64,000 nt of DNA, taken from positions 7,874,001 to 7,938,000 of the forward strand of contig OX597828.1 of the NCBI GenBank assembly GCA_951406725.2, given 5' to 3'. This document shows, piece by piece, positions 1-14,215 of the stretch. Position 1 is the stretch's first letter. Every line of letters starts with the position of its first letter. A program made the translations under genes and the position numbers. The notes under the pieces are model-generated. The model saw only the letters and a program-made list of their open reading frames with translations. It was not told the DNA's origin and did not search any database. This DNA comes from Octopus vulgaris (taxonomy: Eukaryota).

Positions 1-133
1 AGAACTTCCTCTTCAGTCAACCTTACTCTTCTGTTATGTGTCATTTATCACAAACTCGTCACAAACTTCTAACAAAGAGTCTAATACAAAAATTGAGCTT
101 AAACTCTTTCACACAAATATTTTTCTCCGGTAT

Positions 134-520
<387 letters not shown>

Positions 521-944
521 TGCGTGTATGCATGTGATCTGGCGGGTACGTGTGAAAATCTCTGCTAAGTTATGTCCAGAATTAGATTTATTAAATTCTG
601 TCTCTTAATCATGGGTGTTCAAATTCGCAGGAGTCTCGTGAAGGCAAACGAACTTCAATATTCACTTTATGACCCCGAGTCAACAAGAAGACCTCTTATT
701 AGTCGTCTGACTTGCTATAAATAGAAACCAAATGTTCTTCGAATAACCCTCTGTTGTCTTTAGAAGAGAACACAATTGTCAAGTCACAATGAAGGAGGGA
801 CACTTTTGACCGTAATTCTGCTTTATCGCGACTAAAGATTGAGATTAGATATTAACAACAATCGACAGACTAACCAATCGTTTACTTTCCCATATCCATT
901 TCTTAACAAATTTCAATTTTTTCTACCACTATATGTCAGTTCTC

Positions 945-965
945 TTCTTTCTTTCTTTCTTTCTC

Positions 966-996
<31 letters not shown>

Positions 997-1080
997 GTAT
1001 AAGACAAAAAAAAATGATCCCACTCTACAATGCGCGCGGATATGTCTCTCTCTCTCTCTCTTTCTGTCTCGCTCTCACTG

Positions 1081-1147
<67 letters not shown>

Positions 1148-1180
1148 GTCTGTCTGTCTCCTTCACTCTTTTTGTCTCAT

Positions 1181-1214
<34 letters not shown>

Positions 1215-1220
1215 CATACA
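945..1220. repeat. (TTTC)n, (TC)n, (TCTA)n and (TA)n microsatellite cluster
   Basis: Directly visible tandem runs. Confidence 0.95.
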
Positions 1221-1681
1221 TATAAAAGTAAATATTCAAATGAATACTCGTAAAGATATTATTATTATTACCATTGGAAAATCTAAATAATTGATAATAA
1301 CAACAATATTAACATTAGTGGCAGCAAGCGATATTAGCATTAAACAACTACACAATAAATTCGTAATTATATTAGATGGTTGCTAGAAAGTGGAAATAAA
1401 AGCCCCCAACTTAATCCCCAACTGGATTTTTCATTTTTATTTTCCACCAAGACCTGCTGAGCAGAACTGAGACACTAACCACAATTCAGAATCATGATCC
1501 AGGTATTTCTGTTACCTCATTCTACAGCTTTTTACCTGAGATAGTATGTTATATTCCGCCCGTTTGCCCGATATCTGTTGGTCCGTTGCATATTTTCAGT
1601 GAGATTGGTGGTTAAGTTGGGGAAATCAGTGCTGCAGTATGTGACACGGAATGTATCTCTATATGTGTGATGATACAATAC

Positions 1682-1683
<2 letters not shown>

Positions 1684-1765
<82 letters not shown>

Positions 1766-1777
1766 GTGTGTGTGTGT
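1684..1777. repeat. (TG)n microsatellite
   Basis: Near-pure TG run of about 90 bp. Confidence 0.97.
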
Positions 1778-3604
1778 CTTTGTGTGTATGTGCTGAGGCA
1801 TGTGGCCTTGTAGTCAAAGTTGTGATCCATAATCATAAATTTGTAAATTCAGTTGCTGACCCGAACCGTGTGGTTTGCCCTTAAATTATGTACCCAATTT
1901 TCATTGTGCAACTCTGCCCCACCTGAAAAATAAGCACTGGTTCCCTCTCCTTGTGACATCCCACAAGTTCCGTTCGATTATGAGTGAGGATTTCGGGAGG
2001 TTACTCCTGTTGGCGGTGTGTACATGGTTACCTAAAAGTACTCGTGAAGCCTGATACATTTTCCTAAGTTCTAATCGCTTCCGAATTTCTGCTTTGCTTT
2101 CATTCATGTGTACACACACAAGCACGCGCGTGCGCACACACAGGTACTCACACATACACATGTTCATATATATATATGTGTAACATGTGTGTGTGAGTGT
2201 GTGTGTGTAGTGTGTGTGTCTCTGTCTGCATACACACATACAAAATCTCATTCTAATATCCGTATATATATACAAGTACACGTGTTTGCATGTTTAAGTC
2301 TACAAATGCATTTCTACCTAACTAGAGTTGCATCTATAATCCCACAATCCCACAATCCCGCCTTAAATATGGATTAATGATTAATAATCTACACTCATGT
2401 GGCATTGTAAATGATAATCCTGGCTATTATGAAAGAGTAAAGAAATAACCGAATCTTTAATCATAAAAGCTGAAAATTACAAGAATAGGAAATGAAAACA
2501 ACACGCTCCAGTATATCTCTAATTTAGAATTGCGCTGAGAAAACACTGCAGTATCCAAAATTTAGCATAGAAACATACAATATATGCGTATCCATATATA
2601 TTTCATGGAATTTGCTTCTGTGACATATCAAAGAGGTTTCCAAACTCGTTGTGTTTTCATACTAGATAGAATAAACAAAAGGAAAGGATGAAATACGTAA
2701 ATACAATCGTTTTCGAACAGAATATAAAATTCAAAACCAAAAAATGAATCAAGTGCAGGTGTTACTACTTCGACATCAGTGTCTTGCAGATCACCTAAGA
2801 TGGTAGAACAGAGCATACTTTTAAAATCAGATTCAATGACCGCAAATACTCTTTCAGACATAGGTATTACATAGCATATCGAGCTTGACAACTGAAGAGC
2901 AGAAGACTTGAAAGAAGAATTGAAACTGTCGCTTTGTTTGGAACATATTAGATAATGCAGCCCCACGTACCATGAGCCAGAAAATAATGTAAATTATAGT
3001 TATTTGAGAAATCTTGAATAAAACCAGGAAATCTCCATTATTGAATAAAGAGCAGGTAAATCTTAAACCACTGCTAAGGCAGCAAAGTTACAATTACTCA
3101 TATGCTAGATGACATGAGTATAATTATTTTGCTTCAGCGACAGCTCTGCGTTCTTGACAGTCAGAAAATTGTAGGAAAAATAATAACAGATATTAAGTCA
3201 CTTCTCCTGATCTTTATCAAGGCCAACAAAGAAATCCTTCATTTTCCTTTCACTCGAAAAAAGGATCAGGAATATAAAAATTCTTATGCTCTAAATTATT
3301 TCTCAGCGTTTTTAAGAACTCTAAGTAGTTACGGAACGAGTTGACAACATCAAAAACAACAACAACGACAACACACATACAAATACACTCACATACACAC
3401 ACACTTATTAAAACTTTTATGTGTATGCTCTACCAATATTTGGGGATTTCTACCTGTGTAGCGAGCACCAAGAACAATCCTGCTGTATTATATATTATAC
3501 ATTAGCGAATACCAGGAGAGGAGCTTTGGAAGGTACACTATGAGTTGTTACTCAGATTATATTCAAATATATATACATGTGTGTGTGTATATATAATCTA
3601 TGTG

Positions 3605-3925
3605 AAGGCGCGTGGCTTAGTGGTTAGGAGCATTCGGCTCATGATCGTAAGGTCGTGAGTTCAAATCCCGGCGTCTCGTTATGTCCTTGAGCAAGACACT
3701 TCATTTCACGTTGCTCCATTCCACTCACCTGGCAAAAATGAGTAGTACCTGTATTTCAAAGGGCCAGCCTTGTCACAGTCTGTATCACGCTGAATCTCCC
3801 TGAGAACTACGTTAAGGGTACACGTGTCTGTGGAGTGCTTAGCCACTTGCACGTTAATTTCACGAGCAAGCTGTTCCGTTGATCGTATCAGCTGGGACCC
3901 GCGTCGTTGTAACCAACGGAGTGCT
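3605..3925 (+). mobile_element. tRNA-derived SINE, family C, full length
   Basis: A-box-like GTGGCTTAGTGG and B-box-like GAGTTCAAATCCC, then TCCTTGAGCAAGACAC; related copies at 18459-19130, 32860-33000 and 52482-52690. Confidence 0.85.
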
Positions 3926-4110
3926 TCTTATATATATATTCGCCATGCCGGAGAACCAACTCACTGGAGCTCAAGTCGAAGAAAAGGACCTCAAGATCTA
4001 TCCTTTGTAAGCTTGTTATGGATTCTATCGTTCACTTTTGCCGACCTGCTACGTTACCGAAACGTAAAGAGACCAAACAGACACAAACAGATACACAATT
4101 GCATAAATAT

Positions 4111-4168
<58 letters not shown>

Positions 4169-4209
4169 GCACACACACTCACATATAGTTGGAATTTACC
4201 AAAATAACA

Positions 4210-4375
4210 TAACAAAAGACGAAGACGGGTGTGTAGACAACAATCAGATGTATTAGTTTAACGCTCGGGAACTGAGAAAGCCTTTTCCGTTTCGAGCCTA
4301 GGCTCTTCAACAGAACAGAACACAGAAATATGCAGAGATAGAAAATAAATAGGTTTAGTGGCTAGCGATCAATCA
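4210..4375 (-). mobile_element. Short dispersed element, family E, with hammerhead-like motif
   Basis: Homologous to 29345-29515 (+) and 35935-36105 (-); minus strand reads CTGTTGA-A-GAGC-CTAG-GCTC-GAAACG. Confidence 0.7.
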
Positions 4376-4380
4376 TATAT

Positions 4381-4696
4381 GTGGCTGTGTGGCTTTGTGG
4401 TGAGAGTCTTACTTCACAACCACATGGTTCTGGATTCAGTTCCATTCCGTGGCACCTTGAACAAGTTTCTTTTATTGTAGCCTCAGTCACACTAAATTCT
4501 TGCATATATAAATAAATATATTTATTTATTTATACGACGAGCATCTTTCAGTTTCTGTCTACCAACTCCAATCGCAAGGATTTAGTGGACGTGAGGGTGC
4601 GATAGAAGAGACTTGTCGAAGGTGCGACGGTGTGGGACTGAACCCCGAATCGTGTGCTTGTGATGTAAGACTCTCTCCACAGAGCCACACAGCGAC
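4381..4696. repeat. Inverted pair of diverged family-B SINE 5' halves (123-bp fold-back)
   Basis: 4381-4503 aligns to the reverse complement of 4574-4696 at about 80% identity by hand. Confidence 0.85.
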
Positions 4697-4765
4697 GTAT
4701 ACATACACACACATATATATACATACATACACACGCACACATATATGCATATATGTCCACATAAA

Positions 4766-4818
<53 letters not shown>

Positions 4819-5496
4819 TTTGTATATATATGTGTGTGTGTTTATACATATATATATAAATATAAATATAAATACACGTATATACACATATATATACACA
4901 TACTCAAATATGCATAGTTATTTGTTTCGTTCTCCCCAACCCACTTCTCTCATTCTCTCTATCTCTCTCTCTCTCTCTCTTGATATATCTATATGTGTGT
5001 ATGTATGTTTTCAGGTATGTATATACATAATTTATCCCGAGGTTGTGAAGCGTATATGATTGATGAATATTTTGATGAGATATTTTGTCTGAAGTATCTC
5101 CACGACGATTCCAATTCATCGTTTTCTATCAAATGTTCTATTGTCATCGTCCGTTCAACTATCTTTTTCAACATATTTTTGCTCGGCAGCGTACGCTCTT
5201 CCATACATATGTACATACTTACATATCTACGCACTTGCATGTATCCATACGGACATTATTATAAACGCACATACATAATTAGTTAAATACATACATACAT
5301 ACATATACATACGTATATACATAATTCATAAACATTAATGAATATGCATTCATACAGAACTATCTATCAGTCATCTTTTTGTGCCTATATACACATACAA
5401 ATAACTCACACAAACAAACGAGCATATAAATATATATATATAACTGTATGAATAAAAATGTATGTATAATGCATGTATCTACATCTATGTATGTCA

Positions 5497-5538
<42 letters not shown>

Positions 5539-7020
5539 GTATTTATATCTATGTATAAATATATGAGTCTATATATATGTATATATACACTCATATACAC
5601 TCAGTGTATATATATATAAAGAGAGAGAGATAGAGAGAGATGCATACATAAATATATAAGCATGCATCTATGCGTGCATATATATACATACAATATACAT
5701 ATTACATACATGCATGCATATATCCCGCCCTGCACTCATCCATCCATACATCCATCCATCCATACATACATACATACATAAGTATGACTCTCGGGTTAAG
5801 TTACTCGCTAAAATATGGATGTTTGATCCAAACGCACTACCGTATCTGTCAGGATGTCATCTCGGGGCCAATGACTTATGAGGGAAATATGACCGACGGA
5901 CAACAAATGAAAGATCTTCCTATGTATACATACGCCGGACTTTGTGTATTCCATTATGAATATATGTTAATACCTTGTTTTAACTACCTCTTCAAATACA
6001 AAGAAATGCTCTGAACGGCAAGAACATATGCCATAGTTGAACTTCACTACTTGATTTTATTAATCCACTATTACACGAAAGTAAGACTTTTGTAAACACT
6101 CCCCTAGTATTGTAGTGATCCTATGACCGATACCAGTAAAATAGTTACAGGTGTATGAATGAAAATAAATAGATCTCCCTCTATCGGCGAACTTTTTTTT
6201 ATTTGTTTAAATAAACTAGTCGTTCTTTGATTGTAAGTTCAATTGGTTGAGTATTCCACGGACAAGGGTACTGCTGCAGTAAATGCGAGATGATACCCAG
6301 TTTATACAAAAGCTTGACGTTTGCTTTTTATGCCCGATCCATCCGCTAAGCTTCCTCCATATCTCCATATACCCATTTCCTCTGACAGGGATTTGGGTTC
6401 ATCTGGGTCTTTGGCAAGTGATAACTACTCAAACAGCCATGATATGGGTTCCAACCCGATATCTTATGATGGCAAGGCAAATTTCTTAATCATTCGGTGA
6501 AATTTTAAGTTTAATTACAAACACACACACACAAACACACACACACACGCGCACACACAAAGGCGGAGCTGGTGGTGCGTCTCTTCTTTGAGCAAGTTAC
6601 TTCATTTCATGTCTCTTGCATCAACTCATTTGAAAGTGAATACCTATGAAATACGGTGGAACAGCTTTTCTTCCAAATGCTACACTCTCGATATTCCGGT
6701 TAGCCAGGAGAATTACTGTAAAATTATTTATAGATAAATATATTGGTCAATCAAATTCCGATTTTCAAATTTTACTTCTGCTCTTTTCAATTTTCAATTT
6801 TACGTATTACATATTTTATGTATTACATATTGCATTATTTCAAGTACATTCTTATCTTACAGCAATGTTCAAGGAAACTTCTATGTAGTGGAGGCATTAA
6901 CAAACAGCTAACATACTTTACATTTGAGAATGGTATTGAATTGATTGAATTTTTCTTTTGAATCAATACGGGTTGCTAAATGAAGTTAGACATTGACCAT
7001 GCTTATTCATAGTTATATAT

Positions 7021-7411
7021 TTCTTTACTACTCACAAGGGGCCAAACACAGAGGGGGACAAAGAAGGACAGACAAACGGATTAAGTTGATTATATCGACC
7101 CCAGTGCGTAACTGGTACTTAATTTATCGACCCCGAAACGATGAAAGGCAAAGTCGACTTCGGCAGAATTTGAACTCAGAACGTAGCGGCTGACGAAATA
7201 CCCATTTCTTTACTACCCACAAGGGGCTAAACACAGAGGGGACAAACAAGGACAGACAAATGGATTAAGTCGATTACCAGTGTGTAACTGGTACTTAATT
7301 TATCGACCCCGAAAGGATGAAAGGCAAATCAACCTCGGAACGTAACGACAGACGAAATACGGATACGCATTTCACCCGGCGTGCTAACGTTTCTGCCAGC
7401 TCGCCGCCTTT
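7021..7411 (-). mobile_element. tRNA-derived SINE, family A, two-body copy with 16-bp TSD
   Basis: Minus strand has head GGCGGCGAGCTGGCAGAAACGTTAGC and the TTGCCTTTCATCCTTTCGGGGTCGATAAA-type core twice; TTCATAGTTATATATT at 7006-7021 and 7412-7427. Confidence 0.9.
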
Positions 7412-8764
7412 TTCATAGTTATATATTAACCATTAAGTGACACTACCGGAATATCTAGATTCAATTAGATCTATAATCATACACACACACGCACATATCA
7501 CACTCCGCCCGCCCCCTCTATATGTGTGTGTGTATGTGTGTTCTATTTCAATTTGAACACTATTATTACTGGTCTTCCCTGGTCAGTCACTGGTTCTATG
7601 GTTTACCATTTCTAAAAACCGAATGGTGCAAGCAATTCTAAACGCCAGGGATCAACGTAGAGGTATATGTACACACACACACACACACACACACATATAT
7701 GCATATACATACATACATACATGCATACAAACATACATACAAACATACATACATACATACACACACACGCATACACACACATATATATACAATTACGATG
7801 AACGTATACAAACAAACGAAGCTTTGCTCTAGAAGCGTTGAGAAATCTTAGAAAGTTAAAGAAGTGATTTTAAATTCTGAAACGTAGGATAATGCTAATA
7901 ATATAGCCTGAACAGGATAAGATACACCTATTTTGCAGAGAGGTCACAGAAATGACGGAAGGTAATGAATGACCAGCACCAGCTATTGCTAGAAACAAGA
8001 GCTGAAATAACTCAAATACCACAAATAACTGTACTTAATGACTGGCAAAGGGAGGTAAGTCCCCACCGTATATATCCGTATCAAATGATTTCGGATTTTG
8101 ATGCATAGCATCTTAATCCTCGTCCGCGACTCTTAACTCCAAGGGTTAAACCCAACTACTTCCGTCAATCTTGTAAGAAAAGCCGTTAAAAACCCGTGCT
8201 GATTTTCAAAGCGGTAAAAGTGTGAACAACAGGTTAAACGTGTGTCTTATATGCAACATGAATTTAAAGGCAAAATTGAATTGTTAATAAGTCATCCTAT
8301 CAGAAAAAATGTGAATCAATGATTGACCCGATCGGAACATGTAATCCACGAGTCGAACATCCATAATTTTTGTTTATTAAAATAAATAAAAATGAAAATT
8401 AGCTACTCGGAAAAGAAAACAATTAATACCAATAATGGGTGCTAAAACTTATGATTTGATGAATTGGTGCATTTAGAAAGTCATATAGAATGCTATGATG
8501 TCCTATGCACCTTCGATGAGTTATCAAAATGTCAGGTAAATACTGAGATTGAGTTCTTTCCGTTACCTCTCCTTGTGTTTTTCTGTCTGTCTATGTGTCA
8601 GTCTGTCTCTGCACCCATTCATCGCTTATGCTGCGTATGTAGGACTGCCGCTTGAGAACATATTCATTGTATCGTTGTTTACAAGTCAAGAGAGTAGCAA
8701 CCTGTTTAAAAAAATACTAATATATAGGCGCAGAAGTGGCCTTATGGTAAAAAGCATGCTTCCA

Positions 8765-8877
8765 GTGGAGGCACATGGCCTAGTGGTTAGAGCAGCGGAC
8801 TCGCGGTCGAGGGATTGCAGGTTCGAATCTCATACTGGGCGATGTGTGTGTTTATGAGCGAAACACCTACGCTCCAC
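8765..8877 (+). mobile_element. SINE family D, 5' fragment, inside a decayed family-B head
   Basis: GTGGAGGCACATGGCCTAGTGGTTAGAGCAGCGGACTCGCGG matches the head of 38823-39130. Confidence 0.75.
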
Positions 8878-9427
8878 AAATTTCTGGGTTCAGCCCCGTT
8901 GTGCAAGATTTTTCTATTGTTGTCTCAGGCCTTTTGAAAAGAGCATTGTTGCTCAATCGTATTGAGAAGAGCATTATCGTTGTAAATGTTCTTTCCTTTT
9001 TCTCCCTTTATTTTATTTGTTTACTTTTCTATTTTTTATTTTTCCGTTTTCTCTCTGTCTTCCCTTTTTTCTCTACCACATGACACTGTAAATGAACATT
9101 CTGGTGTGCTTGTTTTAATGGCCTACCAATGCATGCAGTACATTTCTCTGCCCTAGGGATCGGGAAGACACCCGGCAAGAAATGGAAACAAAATCGAAAG
9201 AAGGTGCTGATGAAAATAATAATAATAATAATTATAATAATAATAATAATAATAATAATGAACTGCTCTCTCACTCAATAATAATAATAATAATAATAAC
9301 AACAACAACAACAACAACGATGATGTGGATGATTATGCCAAAATGTCGCTAAGCATTTCGCTCGGCGTGCTAGAGATTCTACTAGTTCGCCGTTTTAACA
9401 ACAACAACAACAACAACAACAATAATG

Positions 9428-9777
9428 ATTTCTTTTATTTGCCACCAGGGCGAAAGATGTGTGGGACAATAGAACAAGAGATATAAAGTGGTTTATATAT
9501 AATGGAATGATAAAATAAAAAAGTATACAAGGTGTATATTAGAAGACGTGAGCATGCTTAGTATATGACAGTAGAAAAGGGGGGAAAAAGATGATCGTGA
9601 TGGGATCCCCCTGATCCAGGAGCACCTCTAGGGATAATCAAGGAACCCCACCATCCATGATCACCCTGAATACCAAGGACGAGAGCCCTTTTCAATTTTC
9701 TTATTCCGACTTACAGGTCTACCCTGAGAGTGGTACCAACCACTCTTGCAATTTTCGCAACTTTCACCTACTTTTTC

Positions 9778-9779
<2 letters not shown>
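9428..9779 (-). mobile_element. L1/Tx1-like LINE, extreme 3' end and 3' UTR
   Basis: Minus strand MKK*VKVAKIARVVGTTLRVDL* followed by a pyrimidine-rich UTR ending AATAAAAGAAAT; resembles the 3' end of the relic at 22740-24330. Confidence 0.55.
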
Positions 9780-9832
<53 letters not shown>

Positions 9833-9850
9833 TAATAATAATAATAATAA

Positions 9851-10169
9851 TCATGGCTCGGCTTCGCGAACGAAGATCAGGAAGGCTGTCCACGTCGAGT
9901 GCATGCACGCGCATGACTGACAAGTCCGATATGGGAAAGGCAGGCCATTGAAGCAGTGTCCACAGACGAAGGTAACATCCGGTGTGGTGTCAGAGGCGGC
10001 TCGCGCCTTCCTCCTGCGTCTCTTGTCTTTAAGTGTGTCTCTTCTTTGTTCCTCAAACGTGCTGACTGCATTGAAGATCGTGTGGCGCCAGACATCACGG
10101 TCCACAGCCAGGTCTGACCAGCATTGGTGGTTAATTTGACATGCTGTTAGAGACTTCTTGAGACAGCAT

Positions 10170-10170
<1 letters not shown>
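9851..10170 (-). mobile_element. RTE-clade LINE 3' end, 5'-truncated and frameshifted
   Basis: KKSLTACQINHQCWSDLAVDRDVWRHTI..FEEQRR..KRRRRKAR..FVCGHC / CLSHIGLVSHARAC is a typical RTE C-terminus with a terminal C2HC/C2H2-like motif. Confidence 0.85.
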
Positions 10171-10215
<45 letters not shown>

Positions 10216-10216
<1 letters not shown>

Positions 10217-10636
10217 CACAGATTTGCTTGTCAGTTGTTTGACCTTAACCAGTTGAGCATGTCCCTTAGTGGCTGATGATATATGCATCTCTGATCACGA
10301 GCAGAAGTAGTGGGGGAGCATCATAGCCATGTGTTGAGAGGGATTCTTTGGGGTTTGAATAGTTCACCTCTGGAAACATGGGTGGTTCTTTCAACATCCT
10401 TAAGCAACCCTTATTCAGGGACCGTTTGAGCAGGATGGGCTACTCAACCTGAAGAAAATTCTAACTGCGCCCCACCTGCAAGGTCATGTGCTGTTTATCT
10501 TGATATGAGATCACCATGTCGCGCACAAATGGTTGTGATGCATGTGCCTGGTGTACCTTTATCAGACGGGTAGTCATGATGGGTATATTGGGCTTCGTAT
10601 ATTTTACCCCAGTGTCACTTTGATGGCATGAAACTC

Positions 10637-10637
<1 letters not shown>
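10216..10637 (+). mobile_element. Unclassified retroelement 3' segment embedded in (AAT)n
   Basis: GC-richer 420-bp block bounded on both sides by (AAT)n, ending ACTCAATAATAAT like the small fragment at 9261-9280. Confidence 0.5.
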
Positions 10638-10687
<50 letters not shown>

Positions 10688-11312
10688 ATCAGTATACCAA
10701 AGTATTTCTCTTATATATGAGATATAGCTGCTATCAGTCGCGTTGCAGAAAACCAAGCTTGTGATAATATAAATAACATGCGGTAATGCGACTTGCCTGT
10801 ATATGAATTGAAGCAATGCGCAAGAATGCAATGTCACTGCAGAGAAACACTGTGAGTACAAATAATAATCGTATATGCAGTCTCATCTCTACGCAAATAC
10901 TCATAAATGTAATGTCTATATAATTCGCACATGAGCAAGACAACGTGAGAACATAGTGTTTAAACAAATCAAAAGACACACATAATAATAACAATAAATA
11001 TAATATGTAACATGTCTTATTTTAAATAAAGAAAAAAAAACATATGCTCGGAAATAAAGCTAGAAGCTAATTTCTATCTATGAGCTTGAGGTGCTTAGGA
11101 TATGAAAACAAAATTCACATACAAGGAACGGTGATGGGTAGAAAAGTTACCTCTGAGCAGGAAGGACTCCCTACTAATGTTACTGCCCAAGCGGAAAACA
11201 AAACCAAAAGAGAACAGTGGGGAGATGACGATAGTAGTTGGAGCCAAAATAGCACCTCAAGACGGTTACAATACCAATGATTATGGGAGCACTTGAAATG
11301 ATAAATGTTTAG

Positions 11313-11695
11313 CGCACAAGGGGCTAAACACAGAGAAGAAAAACAGATTAAGTCGATTATATCGACCACAGTGCGTAACTGGTACTTATTTAATCGACTC
11401 CGAAAGGATGAAAGGCAAAGTAGACCTCGGCGGAATTTGAACTCAGAACGCAACGTCAGACGAAATACATATTTCTTTATTACCCGCAAAGGGCTAAGCA
11501 TAGAGGGGACAAACAAGGACAGACAAAGGGATTAAGTCGATTACATCGACGCCAGTGCGTAACTGGTACTTATTTAATCGACCGCGAGAGGATGAAAAGC
11601 AAAGTCGACTTCGGCGGAATTTGAACTCAGAACGCAACGTCAGACGAAACACCGCTAAGCATTTTGCTCGATGCGCTAGCGATTTTGTCACATGG
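11313..11695 (-). mobile_element. SINE family A, two-body copy
   Basis: Same core and tail as 7021-7411. Confidence 0.85.
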
Positions 11696-11867
11696 CTAAC
11701 AATTTTCAAGGGAGAAAATTTGTTGCTCTCGGAAGGATAAAAATCTATAAATCAAATGTACCCTAAGATCTCCTTGCACGAACTTATCAGATACTTAATT
11801 GCGATATAACATAATACTTAACTGTATATCATACTATACAATACTGCACTATGTGTCAGTGTATATT

Positions 11868-12395
<528 letters not shown>

Positions 12396-13002
12396 ATAAA
12401 CCGTGTAAAGTTTTGCTACGCGTGACATTTCTGAAGACGTAATACCACCTGAAATGAAAAGAACACTTTGGAAAGTGTTATGGTGCATAAAAATTGAAAA
12501 TCGCAGCTTTCAGCTTAGTTTGCAGCTGTGTTAACATTGTAGACAAATAAAACATATACACAGAAAGCAAATAGCAACTGTGGATAAGTTAAAACATTGA
12601 GAAGACTGCAATGAAATTCTGACAGTGAGAAAGAAAGATAGAGCAAGGGGAAAAGAAGGCGAGGAGATTAGCATGATATGAAGTAAAATAGATGAGTTTC
12701 GTTTCTCGGTTATCACTATCAAACACTAAATAATCTGGCAGGTGACGATGTCAACTCATTGTTAAAATCGAAACGGTGTGAAAAAGTTGAGAAAGATTTA
12801 ACGACGAAATGAATATCAGTCGTTGGGAGCGATTGATCATTCATCGACGAGATTCGATAACTGTTGGCTGGAAGCTTATAATTGCTTACAAATTAACAAG
12901 AGTATTAGTCATTTTATTCTTTTATTTTGTGTGTGGAATTGTTTTAGTATAGTCTCAGGCTTGGTGTGGTCGAGTAGGTTTACCACTAAAAACATTCCAG
13001 TT

Positions 13003-13415
13003 ATACTCTTTTACTCTCTTTTACTTGTTTCAGTCATTTGACTGTGGCCATGGTGGAGCACCGCCTTTAGTCGAGCAAATCGACCCCAGGACTTATTCTT
13101 TGTAAGCCTAGTACTTATTCTATCGGTGTATTTTGCCGAACCGCTAAGTTAAGGGAACGTAAACACACCAGCATCGGTTGTCAAGCGATGTTGGAGAGTA
13201 CAAACACAGACACACACACACACACATGCATATATATACATGTACATATATACGACAGGCTTCTTTCAGTTTCCGTCTACCAAATCCACTCAGCAGGCTT
13301 TGGTCGACCCGAGGCTATAGTAGAAGACACTCGCCCAAAGTGCCACGCAGTGGGACTGAACCCGGAACCATGTGGTTGGTAAACAAGCTACTTACCACAC
13401 AGCCACTCCTACGCC
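13003..13415 (-). mobile_element. tRNA-derived SINE, family B, full length
   Basis: Minus strand head GGCGTAGGAGTGGCTGTGTGGTAAG, internal CA/TA tract, tail CATGGCCACAGTCAAATGACTGAAACAAGTAAAAGAG; matches 60663-61085. Confidence 0.9.
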
Positions 13416-13484
13416 TGAGCATCATATTTGTTTACTCGTGTTTTCCATACTTGTAGTATACAGAAATACATGTATAATGATTGC

Positions 13485-13690
13485 TTCAAATTTTAGCACA
13501 AGGATAGCAGCTTTTTAGGAAAGGGGTATGTCCATTACATCGACACCAGTATTCAGCTGGTACTTATTTTGCCGATGCCGACTGGATGACAGGCAAAGCC
13601 GACCACAGCGGAATTTGAAACCGGGACGTGAAGATGAACGAAATGCCGTTAAGCTTTTCGCTCCATGTGCTAAGGATTCTGTCAGCTCCC
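13485..13690 (-). mobile_element. SINE family A, diverged
   Basis: Decayed version of the family-A core. Confidence 0.65.
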
Positions 13691-13724
13691 CACCTTGGGT
13701 ATATTGTTTTATTTTATTACTTAT

Positions 13725-13901
13725 TTTAATCATTTGAATGCGCCCACGCTGGAGCACTGCCTTTTAGTCGAAGAAATCGACCACAGGACTTATTCTTTGT
13801 AAGCCTGGTACTTGTTCTAGCGGACTGTTTTGCAGAACCGTTAAGTAAGCACACCAACATCGGTTGTCAAGCGATGGTGGTGGGGACAAAACAGGCACAA
13901 A

Positions 13902-13956
<55 letters not shown>

Positions 13957-14127
13957 TTATATACAAGGATCTTCTTTTCAGTTTCCATCTACCAAATCCA
14001 CTTACAAGGCTTTGGTCAGCCCGAGGCTATAATTGAAGACACTTGCCTAGTGTTCCTGGGATTGAACCCAGAACCATGTGGTTAGGTAGGTAGCAAGCTT
14101 CTTACCACACAGCCACGCCCGCGCCTA
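13725..14127 (-). mobile_element. SINE family B
   Basis: Aligns to 13003-13415. Confidence 0.85.
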
Positions 14128-14215
14128 TGTATAACTATGATTTCAAATTTTAGCGCAAGGTCAATAATTTTGAGGAAGGAGGCTAGTTGATTACATCGAC
14201 TCCAGTGCTCATCTA

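Noticed and set aside
2600-3345. Coding-like stretch (NESSAGVTTSTSVSCRSPK..EDLKEELKL)
   Set aside because: Several in-frame stops and no motif I recognise; may be an ancient transposon relic but cannot be assigned
3605-3680. tRNA-like sequences here and at 8765, 36600, 38823 and 60663
   Set aside because: They are SINE heads continuing into SINE bodies and do not form full cloverleaves
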